Shown: positions 22,349-32,773 of the stretch, one piece after another
How the letters are laid out: each line of letters starts with the position of its first letter
Position numbering within the stretch: position 1 is the stretch's first letter
Origin: Candidatus Latescibacterota bacterium
Lineage (GTDB): Bacteria; Latescibacterota; UBA2968; UBA8231
Assembly (NCBI GenBank): GCA_965261395.1
Contig: OZ253462.1
Location: forward strand, 2,912,001-2,976,000
Direction: 5' to 3'
Length of the DNA: 64,000 bases
The notes under the pieces: model-generated
Database searches by the model: none
What the model was told of the DNA's origin: nothing
What the model saw: only the letters and a program-made list of their open reading frames with translations
Translations under genes and position numbers: made by a program

Positions 22349-22528
22349 ATGATTATTCGCTGTATCCTCCCACTTTTGTTTGTATTCTCTTGTCTGCACT
22401 CCGCAATCGCTCAGGAACGCTACAAATTTGCTTTTGGCACGCATGGTGGGCCGGGAAATCCATTCTGGAATGTGGTGATTAAGGGCATGGAAGATGCGGC
22501 CAAACGCTATGATGTCGATGTGCAGTAA
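22349..22528 (+). pseudogene. Truncated sugar ABC transporter substrate-binding protein
   Basis: Signal peptide + THGGPGNPFWNVVIKGMEDAA then stop at 59 aa. Confidence 0.7.
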
Positions 22529-22725
22529 TAGAATCCGCTCGTGCAGCGCATTCTCTGTACGACGGCCGCCGCAGCCGCAGTCCGAGTTCGCCGCCTGACC
22601 TGCCTTCTCGACCCGCCTCCGGGGCCGGCTCTACCGGGCGGGCCTTTCCGTGCCTCGTCGACTCGAGGCGAAGCTACGCTGGAATCCAGTCAACCAGGGG
22701 TGTGTTTCGCTCCCAGCGCCGCCGA

Positions 22726-25455
22726 TCAATCCGGCTCATTGGACCCCATGGCCCGCTGAAGGGCCTGGTAGTTCTCGTTCGCCCGTTGGAAGTGCGGGTG
22801 CTCGTGCCCGGTCTGGCGACGAAAGGTGTCGAAGATTTCCAGAGATCGCCGCATCAACGGCTCGGCTTCCTCGCTCCGGTGAGTGACCTGTAGCAGCGTC
22901 GCCAAGTTGTTCAAGCGGGTCGCCACAGTTGGGTGTTGCTCGCCGAAGGCGGCCACGTCAATCTCCAGCGCACGTCGCATCAGCGGTTCGGCTTCCTCGA
23001 TCCGGTTGGTGGCCAGCAGCAGTTGCACCAGATTGTTCAAGCGGGTCGCCACGTTCGGGTGCTGCTCGCCGAGGGCGGCCACGTCGATCTCCAGCGCACG
23101 CCGCATCAGCGGCTCGGCCTCTCCGAGTCGGTTGGTGCGCTTTAGCAGTTGCGCCAAATTGTTCAAACGAGTCGCCACGTTCGGGTGCTGCTCGCTGAAG
23201 GAGGCCACGTCGATTTCCAGCGCACGTCGCATCAGTGGTTCGGCTTCCTCGATCCGGTTGGTGTCCAGCAGCAGAGTTGCCAAATTGTTCAAGCGGATCG
23301 CCACGGTTGGGTGCTGCTCGCCGAAGGAGGCCACGTCGATCTCCAGCGCACGTCGCATCAGCGGCTCGGCTTCCTCGATCCGGTTGGTGTCCAGCAGCAG
23401 AGTTGCCAAATTGTTCAAGCAGACCGCCACGTTCGGGTGCTGCTCGCCGAGGGCGGCCACGTCGATTTCCAGCGCACGTCGCATCAACGGCTCCGCTTCC
23501 TCGATGCGGTTGGTGTCCAGCAGCAGAATCGCCAAGTTGTTCAAACGAGTCGCCACGTCCGGGTGCTGCTCGCCGAGGGCGGCCACGCCGATTTCCAGCG
23601 CACGCCGCATCAGCAGTTCGGCCTCTCCGAGTCGGTTGGTGCGCTTTAGCAGTTGCGCCAGTTCGTTCGAAGCCCATGCGACAAGCTTCGCATTGGCGAT
23701 TGCCGTTGCCTCCGCAAGCGCATGGCGCTGCTGCTCCTCGGACTCCTCCCAGCGTGCGATTTCCATCAGCACCGCCGCAATTTTCAGGCGCTGCGCGATT
23801 CGCGCCTCGGAACTGCCCACGCTTTCCAGGGTATCTCGCAGAAAAGCCAGTCTGGCCTCGGAGAACGTACGCAGAGTCAGCTTTTCCCCCATCTCCGCGA
23901 GCCGGTGTGCAAACTCCTCGAGCTCGCCGCTTCGGTGCATCTCCCAGCACGCGATCATTTCCTCGATTTCGGAGAGATAGTCGGGAGCGGAAAAAGTGCT
24001 GTTGACAATGCGGGCAATCGACCGGCTCACGCCGTCTCCGGCCAGGGGCGCGGCTTCCAGCACGTAGCTCACCGTCTGCTCGACATCTCCACGGCGGGCA
24101 TAGATTCTGGCCATGTCGAACTTCGCGATCGCTCGCTCCCCTACGTCGCCGACTTCACTCAGGTAGTCGAGGGTCCTTTCCGCGTCGACACTGCCTTTTT
24201 CGACAAGTTTCTTGCGCAAAATGCGGCGTTTCTCTTCGCGGGCATCGATGCTCGGGTAGAAGAGACTGAAGAATTCCAGCAGGAACGGCAGGCGTTTGCG
24301 TGCGCCGCGGGAAAGATTCATCGCGAGCCAGATATCGAAGAATCCCTCGCGAATCGTGTAGAGGCGCGAACGCCGGTCTTGCGGGTGCCGGTCTGCGCGG
24401 AGGTAGTGGGCATCGGTGAGACGCTTGAGCAGCGACGACGTCTCCTGCTGGCTCATCCGGATTCGCGCGGCAATGGCGGCCGGGGTTTTTTCCTGGTCGC
24501 GCATGCTCGCCAGACATTCCAGCAGCGCGCGTTGGCCGGGAGGCAGATCGTTCAACCGGCCCTGATAGAACGGCGAGATCCGGTCGAGCAGCAGTTGGAA
24601 CTGATCCTGCACCCGGGTGATCGACTCGTGCGCGATCAACTCGTAGAGCATCATTGTCAGGCGCGGGTTTCCACCCGTCATGCGGTAGAGGGCCTGCAGG
24701 CGAGGACGCATGCCCTCGAAGTTTTCGAGAATGTCCTCGTGTTTTTCCCAACGGAGGTTGAGCCGGATGACTTCAACCGTTTCCTCGAAACTCAGGTTCT
24801 CCAGGATCTGAATGTCGAAGAAATCGTAGAATGGCTGCCCGACATCGGTGATGGCGTCGAAGTGTAGCGGCGCGGTGGCCAGCAGCAGGCAGCCGTTGTC
24901 GGCCATGAAGAACTTGCGCAGCGAGCCGAGGTCGTTCTTGTCACGGATTTGCCGGGTAAAGATCTCGCCGAGGTTCTCGAGCATGATGAGCAGTGTGCGA
25001 TTGCGCTGGCGATTCTGTTCGCGGATCGCGGGCGCCAGGATATCGACAACCCGGGCGTTGTCTTCCTCGGTCTGCACCCTGGCGAACAACTCCGCCCACA
25101 GCGGTTCGTCTTCGACGACATCTTTCAGGATTTCGCAGACGCCGATAAGGAAATCGGCGAAGGACAATGTCCGATTCGATTCTTCCGGGAACCGGACAAC
25201 AACGACGCTCGCACTGAGCGTTTCATCCGATTGGACGGTATCTTCAATACATGAGAGCAGGTGGGTTTTGCCGATTCCGCGCGGCCCGATAAACAGCAGA
25301 TGGTGTTTCGATTTTCTGCCCACGGAACCCCGTAAGGATTCGATGGCATTGTCGACGATATGTTCACGCGCGACGCTCGTATCGCGCAGGCGCTCGGGGC
25401 TGGTTACTCCGGAGCGATACAGTCCGATGTTCGAATCGAGGGCCGGTTCAGGCAT
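22726..25455 (-). CDS. STAND/AAA ATPase + winged HTH + kinesin-light-chain-type TPR repeats
   Basis: GPRGIGKT, LLIMLEN, TGGNPR, wHTH TPAAIAARIRMSQQETSSLL, 42-aa repeats GEQHPxVAxxLNNLA. Confidence 0.85.
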   Translation of the reverse strand: MPEPALDSNIGLYRSGVTSPERLRDTSVAREHIVDNAIESLRGSVGRKSKHHLLFIGPRGIGKTHLLSCIEDTVQSDETLSASVVVVRFPEESNRTLSFADFLIGVCEILKDVVEDEPLWAELFARVQTEEDNARVVDILAPAIREQNRQRNRTLLIMLENLGEIFTRQIRDKNDLGSLRKFFMADNGCLLLATAPLHFDAITDVGQPFYDFFDIQILENLSFEETVEVIRLNLRWEKHEDILENFEGMRPRLQALYRMTGGNPRLTMMLYELIAHESITRVQDQFQLLLDRISPFYQGRLNDLPPGQRALLECLASMRDQEKTPAAIAARIRMSQQETSSLLKRLTDAHYLRADRHPQDRRSRLYTIREGFFDIWLAMNLSRGARKRLPFLLEFFSLFYPSIDAREEKRRILRKKLVEKGSVDAERTLDYLSEVGDVGERAIAKFDMARIYARRGDVEQTVSYVLEAAPLAGDGVSRSIARIVNSTFSAPDYLSEIEEMIACWEMHRSGELEEFAHRLAEMGEKLTLRTFSEARLAFLRDTLESVGSSEARIAQRLKIAAVLMEIARWEESEEQQRHALAEATAIANAKLVAWASNELAQLLKRTNRLGEAELLMRRALEIGVAALGEQHPDVATRLNNLAILLLDTNRIEEAEPLMRRALEIDVAALGEQHPNVAVCLNNLATLLLDTNRIEEAEPLMRRALEIDVASFGEQHPTVAIRLNNLATLLLDTNRIEEAEPLMRRALEIDVASFSEQHPNVATRLNNLAQLLKRTNRLGEAEPLMRRALEIDVAALGEQHPNVATRLNNLVQLLLATNRIEEAEPLMRRALEIDVAAFGEQHPTVATRLNNLATLLQVTHRSEEAEPLMRRSLEIFDTFRRQTGHEHPHFQRANENYQALQRAMGSNEPD
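22860..23680 (-). repeat. Tandem 126 bp TPR-coding repeats (about 6-7 units)
   Basis: Near-identical nucleotide repeats. Confidence 0.9.
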
Positions 25456-26677
25456 AGTATTTCCTCCACCACAGTTTCAGCACACCGCTCGCGAAGTCGT
25501 AGATCCCCTCTTCGACTTCGACGATGTAGAAATCGTTCTCTAGGTCGAGCAATATTTGATTGAATAATTGTTTGCGCTCATGCGCCGGAAGTTCGATGCC
25601 GCTGTCCACCAACAAGCGATCCGTTTCTTGCAACAGGGATGCACGCTTCAGCCCGGATTCGCTCACACTGATTTGCCCCAACAAGGCGTAGGCGATCGAG
25701 CGTTTGGGATCCGTATAGTATTGCTGGATTCGCGAATAGTAGTGTTGCAACCGTGTGCGCGCACCTGAACTGACAATCAACGCGTCGAAGATGGCATCGA
25801 CATCCGCCGCGAAGATTTTACGTTGCTCCTTTTTCCATAACCTGTAGAGATCCTGGGTTGCCATCTGCATGAAGAGCGGGATCGGACGACCCAGTCGAAC
25901 GCTCATCTGCCGCGGAACCGCCTCATCGTATGGGACGCCTCGCCCGCTAAGCATTTCGTTCACGAAAACCTCAATGTCACCGTCAGTAAGTTGAGGCAGG
26001 GGCACGTCTTCAAGGTCGTTGATGAGATCCACCTGTCCGAGCGCGTCCAGGGTTCCTGCGAGATTGACGGAGCCGCCAACCAACCAGCGGATCGCATCTT
26101 TTGCGGGTGCTGGATTTAATCGCTGGGTGCGAAACCAGGCGAGAAACTCACGCAGCAACACGGCATCCTTCCGGGACAAGTTGAGCAGCATGTCAGGCAA
26201 CTCGTCGACGATGAATAGAATTGGAATATTCATGTTGCGAGCCTGTTGGAGAAACGTGTCGCCATGCTGCCGCCAGTTTTCGCGCCAGTTGGGATCGCTT
26301 TCGCGTAGCGCGAGTTTGAATTCACCGACACCGATCTCCGCGACCAGCCCCAGCGCGCCAGTTACAAGCTTCCAGCCAGCGGCAAGTTGGTCCCGCACTA
26401 AAGCCGGATGCGCATCATGGAAAGCGTCGAGCAGCACCTGGAAGAAATCGGCTGGATGGGTCAAGTCCTGGACGTTGATTGAAACCACCGAGAAATTGTT
26501 CCGGGGATGGTCGCGCAAGTGATCCATGACGCTGGTCTTGCCTGTTCGTCGAGCAGCCGTGAGCACCAGATGCCTCGTGCGCAATGTTTCCCAAAGCTCC
26601 GTGAGAAACTCCTCGCGAAATCGCAAGTCCACTGGGTCGACGGGAGCGCCGGTGTAGAATTCGGGGGTGCTTTTCAT
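25448..26677 (-). CDS. AAA+/STAND-type ATPase coupled to the ATPase-TPR gene
   Basis: AARRTGKTS Walker A, LFIVDE Walker B, C-terminal wHTH-like region; 8 bp overlap with downstream gene. Confidence 0.85.
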   Translation of the reverse strand: MKSTPEFYTGAPVDPVDLRFREEFLTELWETLRTRHLVLTAARRTGKTSVMDHLRDHPRNNFSVVSINVQDLTHPADFFQVLLDAFHDAHPALVRDQLAAGWKLVTGALGLVAEIGVGEFKLALRESDPNWRENWRQHGDTFLQQARNMNIPILFIVDELPDMLLNLSRKDAVLLREFLAWFRTQRLNPAPAKDAIRWLVGGSVNLAGTLDALGQVDLINDLEDVPLPQLTDGDIEVFVNEMLSGRGVPYDEAVPRQMSVRLGRPIPLFMQMATQDLYRLWKKEQRKIFAADVDAIFDALIVSSGARTRLQHYYSRIQQYYTDPKRSIAYALLGQISVSESGLKRASLLQETDRLLVDSGIELPAHERKQLFNQILLDLENDFYIVEVEEGIYDFASGVLKLWWRKYYA

Positions 26678-26884
26678 TTTAACATCACTTCGGTTGTAAA
26701 ACAGAATCGTTTTGTAAATAAAATACGACGGTATTGATGTATGTCAAATTCGTTTTAGGGATGTGCAGAGGCACGTCCCGTGCCCTGCCGTCCCTCGACG
26801 CGCCGGCCACGCCGGAGGCGATCCTGCGCGCGGCGGACGCGATGCGGGTCTGCGGCTCCTGACCCTGATGCAGTCCGGACGGTG

Positions 26885-27093
26885 GGAGGAGCATGAAGAC
26901 ATCAACAGCGGCGACTTTGTTTACATCCCCGCCGGCATCCCTCACCTTCCCTACAATCCCAGCGAGACGGAAACCTGCACTGCTGTGATCGCTCGGACGG
27001 ACCCCAACGAACAAGAGAGCGTTAAACTCTTACCCGAACTAGACGGGATACACTGCTAGACAAAGGCGGGAAGGGAAGGTGCTCTATGAGCGC
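26885..27093 (+). pseudogene. Third cupin 3' fragment plus MNT tail remnant
   Basis: Identity to the cupin 3' end; GCGGGAAGGGAAGGTGCTCTATGAGCG matches MNT end. Confidence 0.8.
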
Positions 27094-27186
27094 AGTCGAA
27101 TGCTAGCGGACAGGTAATCTTTTTTCATTTTGACCTTCAAGTACATCCCTCAAATCGTCCAGATTGTACGCCGACCTGCGCCACCC

Positions 27187-29043
27187 CTAGCGCAAAAAGA
27201 GCAACTTGCGCGTCAATTCCACTCCTTCGGTTTCTAAACGATAAAGATACACGCCGCTGGCCACGACTTGGCCGCTGTGGTCGCGGCCATCCCAAGCGAC
27301 TTCGCCGTATCCGGCTGCGACCGGGCCGATGGTGAGGGTGCGTACCTTCTGTCCGTGGAGATTGTAGATGTGTAGGGCGGCGGGCGCGGAGTCGGGCGCG
27401 ATAAAGGGCAAGATCGTGCCCGCATTGAAGGGGTTGGGGTAGTTGGGCAAGAGGGACCAGCTAGCCGGAGTGGGGCCGGCGGTAGCTTCTATGGCCGTGG
27501 GGAGGGAGCGGATGACCTGCGGCGGGCCGGAGGTGGTTAGCTGCTCGACGACCGCGGCGGCTGGCACACCGACGGGCACGCGGCGCGGGTCGCCAAACGC
27601 GGTAAACGGAAGCGTGCGGAATTCGCGGTCGTCGGCCAACGTGAGGACTAACTCCCATTCTTCGAGCGGAGTCGTCTCCGGGTCGGCGCAATCCCAATAG
27701 GCGTCAGCAGAATGGACGTTGCTCACTTCGGGCAGGTCGGGATTGTAGGCGAACATGGGGTCGAGGGTCATCTCGTCGGCTGAGAGCGTGGTATAGAGCC
27801 GGGTGAGGTACGGCTTTGCTGCGAATACCTCCTGCACCTGTGTCAACGGCTCGACCACGATGCGCTGCAAGTCGTCGGCAAAGGCATTGGCGTCAAAGGC
27901 GAGGTCCGTGAGATAGCTTTCGTAGGTGCGCATGTTGCTGTAGAAAGAGCTTTCGGCTGTGTTTTGGAGCCAGCCTCCCTCCCGCGCTTGCTCATAGGCT
28001 TCGCGGTCGCCGGCAAACACCACTTCGAGCACGCCTTCTGTGAGCACGGCCGGCGGCATGGGGATGTGGCGGCGGATCAGGGTTTGCATCTGTGCGTCGT
28101 TGGGGAAACCCTGCGCTCGGGTGGCGGCGAGGAAGTCGGCGGGGTGATCCTGCTGGCGCAATTTATCTATATCAAAGGTAGCAAAGAAAAAGTTGCCGAC
28201 GACTTCGCTGGAGCCGGCGTACTCCGTGACAAAGGCTTGGCCCCCGGCCTCGTTGGCCGCCTGCGTGACGACACTTTGGTAGTTGAAGCCGCCGAAGAAC
28301 CAATTGATGGCTGCTTTGTTGATCTGCACGTGCCGGTAGTTGGTGGGGACGGCGCGGTGCTCGCCCAAGATGTATGTGAGGATGCCTAGGTCCGGCTCGG
28401 TGGCTACGGCGGTGAGGCGAATGGGGATGCCGGGCACTTCGGCCGCATAGGTTAGGGCGATGGGTTGCAGGTCGCCGACATCGCGGTCTGGCGCGAGTTT
28501 AAGTGCCAAGAAGTAGAAGCCCTCTTCCACATAGGGCGTCAAAAGCTCGACTCCGAGATCGCCGAGCTGGTAGCCGTTGTCCACGAGCCAAGAGATGACG
28601 GCTTTGGCATCGTCAGAGGAAATGACTGCGGTGTCGTAGGGGCCGACGCGCTCCTCGGAGGCGATATCCACATTATATCTAGGGCCCACTGAGGGTCCTT
28701 CGGTGGTAAACGCAATGGGTGGGAACCCACAGCTAACGTCCTCTTGGAAATTTAACTGGAACGAGAGCTGAGTCGCACGCTGCAACTGGGTGAAAATCTG
28801 GTTGTGGCTGACGGCGAGTTCGGGCACCGTCGGCACTGGAAGTATCCACGCAAAGTCCGCGGCCGTGCCGCTGTACAGGATCTGGACGTGGGTAGTGACC
28901 GTGCCTTCCCCTTGGATGAAGAGGATGTTTTCGGCGACTTGATTCATGGGAACCGTGGTGCAGAAGAAGCCGCCGCAGGCGCGGGCCGCTGGGATACTGA
29001 GCGCGAGGGAGCAGAACGTGGCAAGTAGTAGTTTAGCGGTCAT
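27187..29043 (-). CDS. DUF2330 protein with C-terminal FlgD-Ig/T9SS-like domain
   Basis: ACGGFFC, FAWILPVP, IPIRLT; C-terminal NYPNPFN...WDGRD..G..VASGVYLYRL. Confidence 0.85.
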   Translation of the reverse strand: MTAKLLLATFCSLALSIPAARACGGFFCTTVPMNQVAENILFIQGEGTVTTHVQILYSGTAADFAWILPVPTVPELAVSHNQIFTQLQRATQLSFQLNFQEDVSCGFPPIAFTTEGPSVGPRYNVDIASEERVGPYDTAVISSDDAKAVISWLVDNGYQLGDLGVELLTPYVEEGFYFLALKLAPDRDVGDLQPIALTYAAEVPGIPIRLTAVATEPDLGILTYILGEHRAVPTNYRHVQINKAAINWFFGGFNYQSVVTQAANEAGGQAFVTEYAGSSEVVGNFFFATFDIDKLRQQDHPADFLAATRAQGFPNDAQMQTLIRRHIPMPPAVLTEGVLEVVFAGDREAYEQAREGGWLQNTAESSFYSNMRTYESYLTDLAFDANAFADDLQRIVVEPLTQVQEVFAAKPYLTRLYTTLSADEMTLDPMFAYNPDLPEVSNVHSADAYWDCADPETTPLEEWELVLTLADDREFRTLPFTAFGDPRRVPVGVPAAAVVEQLTTSGPPQVIRSLPTAIEATAGPTPASWSLLPNYPNPFNAGTILPFIAPDSAPAALHIYNLHGQKVRTLTIGPVAAGYGEVAWDGRDHSGQVVASGVYLYRLETEGVELTRKLLFLR

Positions 29044-29127
29044 GTTGGCTCTCCTTGGGTGAATGGGGATTGGGGCCCCTTGTCGAGAAGGGTAACGAAT
29101 ACCCTTTCAGGTACAACGTGCGCCGGC

Positions 29128-30816
29128 CTAATACGACCGCGTCGTCCGCCCCAACTCCTCGGCCTCAATCCACTTCCGCAATACAGCACCAGAGCGCGCC
29201 AGCAACGCTCGATAGGGTCGCCCCAACGCCTTGTTTTTTGGGTTTCTTCCCGACTGCCGTGGCACGGCGTTGAACCGTCCCCGCACTTCGACGATGTTGC
29301 GGCTCGGATTGTGCATGGCGATCGTCAATACCCGGGCGCTGTGACCCTCCGCATCGACCTGCATGGACCACACCGACTTGCTGCCCCGTCGGCAGTTGGA
29401 CACATAGGAGGCGACGCAGTGGTTCATCGCCCGTCCCTCGAGCGTGAGCTCTTTCTTGGAATTAAGCTCGCGGATGGTCCAGCGCAGCCCTTCTTCTTTG
29501 TCGTCCAGCCACTCAAAGTTAGCTATGCCCGACCCTTCCCAACTCCCTGAGGGCTGGCGGTTATCGCGGGCTAAGCGCTCGTGCCACTCCTCAACTTGGC
29601 GCAGGAGCTTAACCGCGCTGCGGCCCTTCATGGTGTAGCTGGGTTGCGGCGGCTCGCCCTCCTCTGTGGGGACGTACTTCTGGTGGTTTATATAATCGAC
29701 GATGGGCCCCACCATATCCGGGTCGAGCATGGGGTTTTCCACGAAAAAGAATACGACCGTGCTCCAGAAGGATTCATCGGCAAAACTGCGCCCCAATTCC
29801 GTGGCTATCACGGCCTGGGCTAGCACCTCGCTGCCTTCCTGACCCACCACTTGCGCCCAGCGCAGGGCTTCGGTCGCCGTTAGGTCGCCCGGTGCCTCGG
29901 TAAAGACGTGCGCCATGCGCTTGGAGAGCACCAGCGGCAGGTCTGCCGTGCGGATGTTTTGTCCGCTGCCCACGTGGATGAACCACCCTTGCTGACGTTG
30001 GGCTTCTGGCTCCCAGCCGCCGAACCACACCGAATCCAAGCAGGCCGGCACGTCGTAGCGGGCCAATAAAAACCGCGTCAGCGAGGCGAATTGCCGCCGG
30101 GGGTTGCGGCTGTCTGGCTTCCACTCGGCCGGTGACTGCTGCCAAGCGTTGCTGTGTCGCGCCAACGCGCCGAGGGCCTCGACGAAGGTATTGCCCTCCA
30201 CCCGCCCCAAGCGCTGGAGGGTTGGCCGCGCGTCGAGCAGGTCGGGTGCCCGCTTCTCTACGTGCAGGAGCAAATCCCGTAGCTGTGCCCGCTGGTCGCC
30301 CGCCAATCCGGCAAAGGCCCGATGGATCAGGCGCAAAACCTCGGTGCGCAGCTCTTCCTCGGCGATGGCTCCGGCCCAGAGCTGGTGGACGATGTCTTTG
30401 GTGCGCCGGCTGTGCTTGCGGCCCGCGTGCAGGACTTGGGTGCTCTGGATCTGCTGGTGGAGCTTGAGTTCCTTGCTGCGCTGAGCGTCGCTTTTGTGGA
30501 TGGCGTCGCCGAGTCCCTGTTGCCGACACCATGTCTGATATGCGGCCATCCCGTCTAACCCTAGTTGCGCGACGTGTTGCTGAAAGGCACCTTCGGCTTG
30601 GGCGGCTTGTTGGTCGCGCTGGTGCGCCGCGCGCTCTTGTCGCCGCTCTTGCCAAGTCTTGCTCAGGGCCGCGCTAAATCCGTGTTGGCGGCACCAGACC
30701 TTATAGGCTTCAATGGCCTCTAGGCCCAGCGATTCCATGTGCGCGCCCAACTCGGCATTGGCGCGCGCGGTGGCACCCCGGCGTCGGCTCTTTTTGCGCT
30801 TGAGTTGTTTAGCCAT
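29128..30816 (-). CDS. PcfJ domain-containing protein
   Basis: C-terminal EL..EGRAMNHCVASY and VEVRGRFN. Confidence 0.8.
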   Translation of the reverse strand: MAKQLKRKKSRRRGATARANAELGAHMESLGLEAIEAYKVWCRQHGFSAALSKTWQERRQERAAHQRDQQAAQAEGAFQQHVAQLGLDGMAAYQTWCRQQGLGDAIHKSDAQRSKELKLHQQIQSTQVLHAGRKHSRRTKDIVHQLWAGAIAEEELRTEVLRLIHRAFAGLAGDQRAQLRDLLLHVEKRAPDLLDARPTLQRLGRVEGNTFVEALGALARHSNAWQQSPAEWKPDSRNPRRQFASLTRFLLARYDVPACLDSVWFGGWEPEAQRQQGWFIHVGSGQNIRTADLPLVLSKRMAHVFTEAPGDLTATEALRWAQVVGQEGSEVLAQAVIATELGRSFADESFWSTVVFFFVENPMLDPDMVGPIVDYINHQKYVPTEEGEPPQPSYTMKGRSAVKLLRQVEEWHERLARDNRQPSGSWEGSGIANFEWLDDKEEGLRWTIRELNSKKELTLEGRAMNHCVASYVSNCRRGSKSVWSMQVDAEGHSARVLTIAMHNPSRNIVEVRGRFNAVPRQSGRNPKNKALGRPYRALLARSGAVLRKWIEAEELGRTTRSY

Positions 30817-31780
30817 TTTGCAAAATCCGCGCCAAGTGATCGGCGGGTGCGTTTCCGCCGCTGAGGATGCCAACTACTTTCTTGCCGGCCAAGGACTCGC
30901 GAATCTTCAGGGCCGCGGCTAATGATGCGGCTCCGGCTCCTTCGGCCACTAGCTTGGCCTCGCGTGCCAACAGGCCAATAGCCGCGTCGATCTCTTCGTC
31001 CGTCACTAGTTCAAACCGATCTACCAACTCCCACATCATGCGCGTGGGCATCTCAAAGGTCACCCGCGTCGCCAGCCCTTCGTGTTGAGTAGTCATCGGT
31101 GCGACTACATCGAGCCGCCGCTGTTGCCAAGCCTGGTAGCAGGCCGGGGCACCCTCTGTCTGCACGCCGATGATCTCGACGGCCGGGTTCAAGTGGCGCG
31201 CGACGAGCGCGTTGCCGCAAATCCCGCTGCCAGCGCCCACGGGCACGATCAGCGCTTCTACGTCGGGCAGAGCGGCAAAAGTCTCCAAGCCCATGGTGCC
31301 TACGCCAGCGATAAGCAACGGCTCGTTGGCTGAATGCACGTAGCGGTAGCCTTCGCCCTGCGCCACGCGCTCGACTTCCTCTCTCGCCTCGTCGAAGTCG
31401 CGGCCGAAGAGCCGGACTTCGGCACCGAGGGCGCGCATGGCCGCGACTTTGGCCGGGTTGCTGGCACGTTCCGGCCCGTAGATAACCACCGGCACGCCAA
31501 AGATCCTGCCGGCGTAGGCCAGCGACTGGCCGTGATTGCCGGTGCTGGCGCTGATGACGCCTCGCTGTCGCTCCGAGGCGTCTAAACGCCCGAGCAGATT
31601 GACGCCGCCGCGGACCTTAAAGGCCCCGGTAGGCTGCAAGTTTTCGCACTTGGCATAGTACTGGCAGCCCAGCAGTTGCGACAACTTCCAGCAATGGACC
31701 AGCGGCGTCGGCGCGAGATGCGCTCCGACTAGGCCTTGTGCCGCTTCTACGTCGGCGAACGCAGGTAGATTTGCAGTCAT
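30809..31780 (-). CDS. PLP-dependent threonine/serine dehydratase
   Basis: KCENLQPTGAFKVRGG, STGNHG, SGGN. Confidence 0.92.
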   Translation of the reverse strand: MTANLPAFADVEAAQGLVGAHLAPTPLVHCWKLSQLLGCQYYAKCENLQPTGAFKVRGGVNLLGRLDASERQRGVISASTGNHGQSLAYAGRIFGVPVVIYGPERASNPAKVAAMRALGAEVRLFGRDFDEAREEVERVAQGEGYRYVHSANEPLLIAGVGTMGLETFAALPDVEALIVPVGAGSGICGNALVARHLNPAVEIIGVQTEGAPACYQAWQQRRLDVVAPMTTQHEGLATRVTFEMPTRMMWELVDRFELVTDEEIDAAIGLLAREAKLVAEGAGAASLAAALKIRESLAGKKVVGILSGGNAPADHLARILQNG

Positions 31781-31923
31781 AATCGCTCCTAGGGTAAAAA
31801 AACCTAGCCCGCAAGCTACACTGTAGCAAGTAGAGGCCGCCCTATACAGGCATAGCAACTAGTTGCCCTAATCCTGCTCTCTTGCTATGCTCCCCACACT
31901 TGCTACGAAGGGAGGGGTAGCGC

Positions 31924-32772
31924 GTGAGCAACGAAGTTTGGGGGCTGGTATTGACGGCGGCAGTCGGGCACGCCTTGTGGAACTTTGCCGCCCGCAAAGC
32001 CGCTGGCGATGCGGCAGTAATTTGGCTCTCCGTAGCTGTTGGTACGCTAGTCGCTGTCCTGCTTTGCGCGTACACTTGGTGGCAGGGCACACCGCCGACT
32101 CTGTCGTGGCCAGGCGGCCTTTGCCTCGTGGCCACGGGCATTATTCACGGGCTGTACTTCACCCTGCTGGCCGAGGCTTACGAGCACGGCGAAATCTCCC
32201 TCGTCTATCCGGTCGCACGTGGGTCGGGCGTGGGGCTAACGGCCCTAGCTGCGTGGCTGGCCTTGGGCGAAGACATTTCGCTGTTGGGTGCCAGCGGCAT
32301 CGCCTTGGTCTTGGCGGGGATTTTCTGCTTGGGTGCCCCAGCCCTCAAGCACCAGACACGCGGCTTGCAGCTCGCCTTGGGCGTGGGGCTGACGATTACC
32401 TGCTACTCGCTGGTGGATAAAATAGGCGTCGGCTATGTGCAACCGCTCCACTACATCACCGGCATGTGGCTGATCAGCACCCTCGTGTGCTCGCCTTGGG
32501 TCGTGCGCCGGTACGGGGCAGGGTTGCTGACGACGGCCCGCGTCCGTTGGCAGACTATCGCCTTGATCGGCGTCGCCTCGTTGGGCACTTATTTCCTGAT
32601 TCTCTACGCCTACACCCAAGGCCCAGTTGGCTACATCGTCGCTGTGCGCGAGTCCTCGGTGGTACTCGGGGCACTCCTTGGTTGGGTCTTTCTGCAAGAA
32701 CGGCTCACTCTGCTCAAGGCGACCGGCATCCTCGCCATCGTCGGGGGTTTGGTGCTTATTAAGGCCAGTTGA
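31924..32772 (+). CDS. EamA/DMT family transporter
   Basis: About 10 hydrophobic helices, SLVYPVARG, AVRESSV. Confidence 0.88.
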   Translation: MSNEVWGLVLTAAVGHALWNFAARKAAGDAAVIWLSVAVGTLVAVLLCAYTWWQGTPPTLSWPGGLCLVATGIIHGLYFTLLAEAYEHGEISLVYPVARGSGVGLTALAAWLALGEDISLLGASGIALVLAGIFCLGAPALKHQTRGLQLALGVGLTITCYSLVDKIGVGYVQPLHYITGMWLISTLVCSPWVVRRYGAGLLTTARVRWQTIALIGVASLGTYFLILYAYTQGPVGYIVAVRESSVVLGALLGWVFLQERLTLLKATGILAIVGGLVLIKAS

Positions 32773-32773
32773 C

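Noticed and set aside
22883-24867. Long antisense and alternate-frame ORFs over the TPR gene
   Set aside because: Shadow ORFs caused by GC-rich repeated coding sequence
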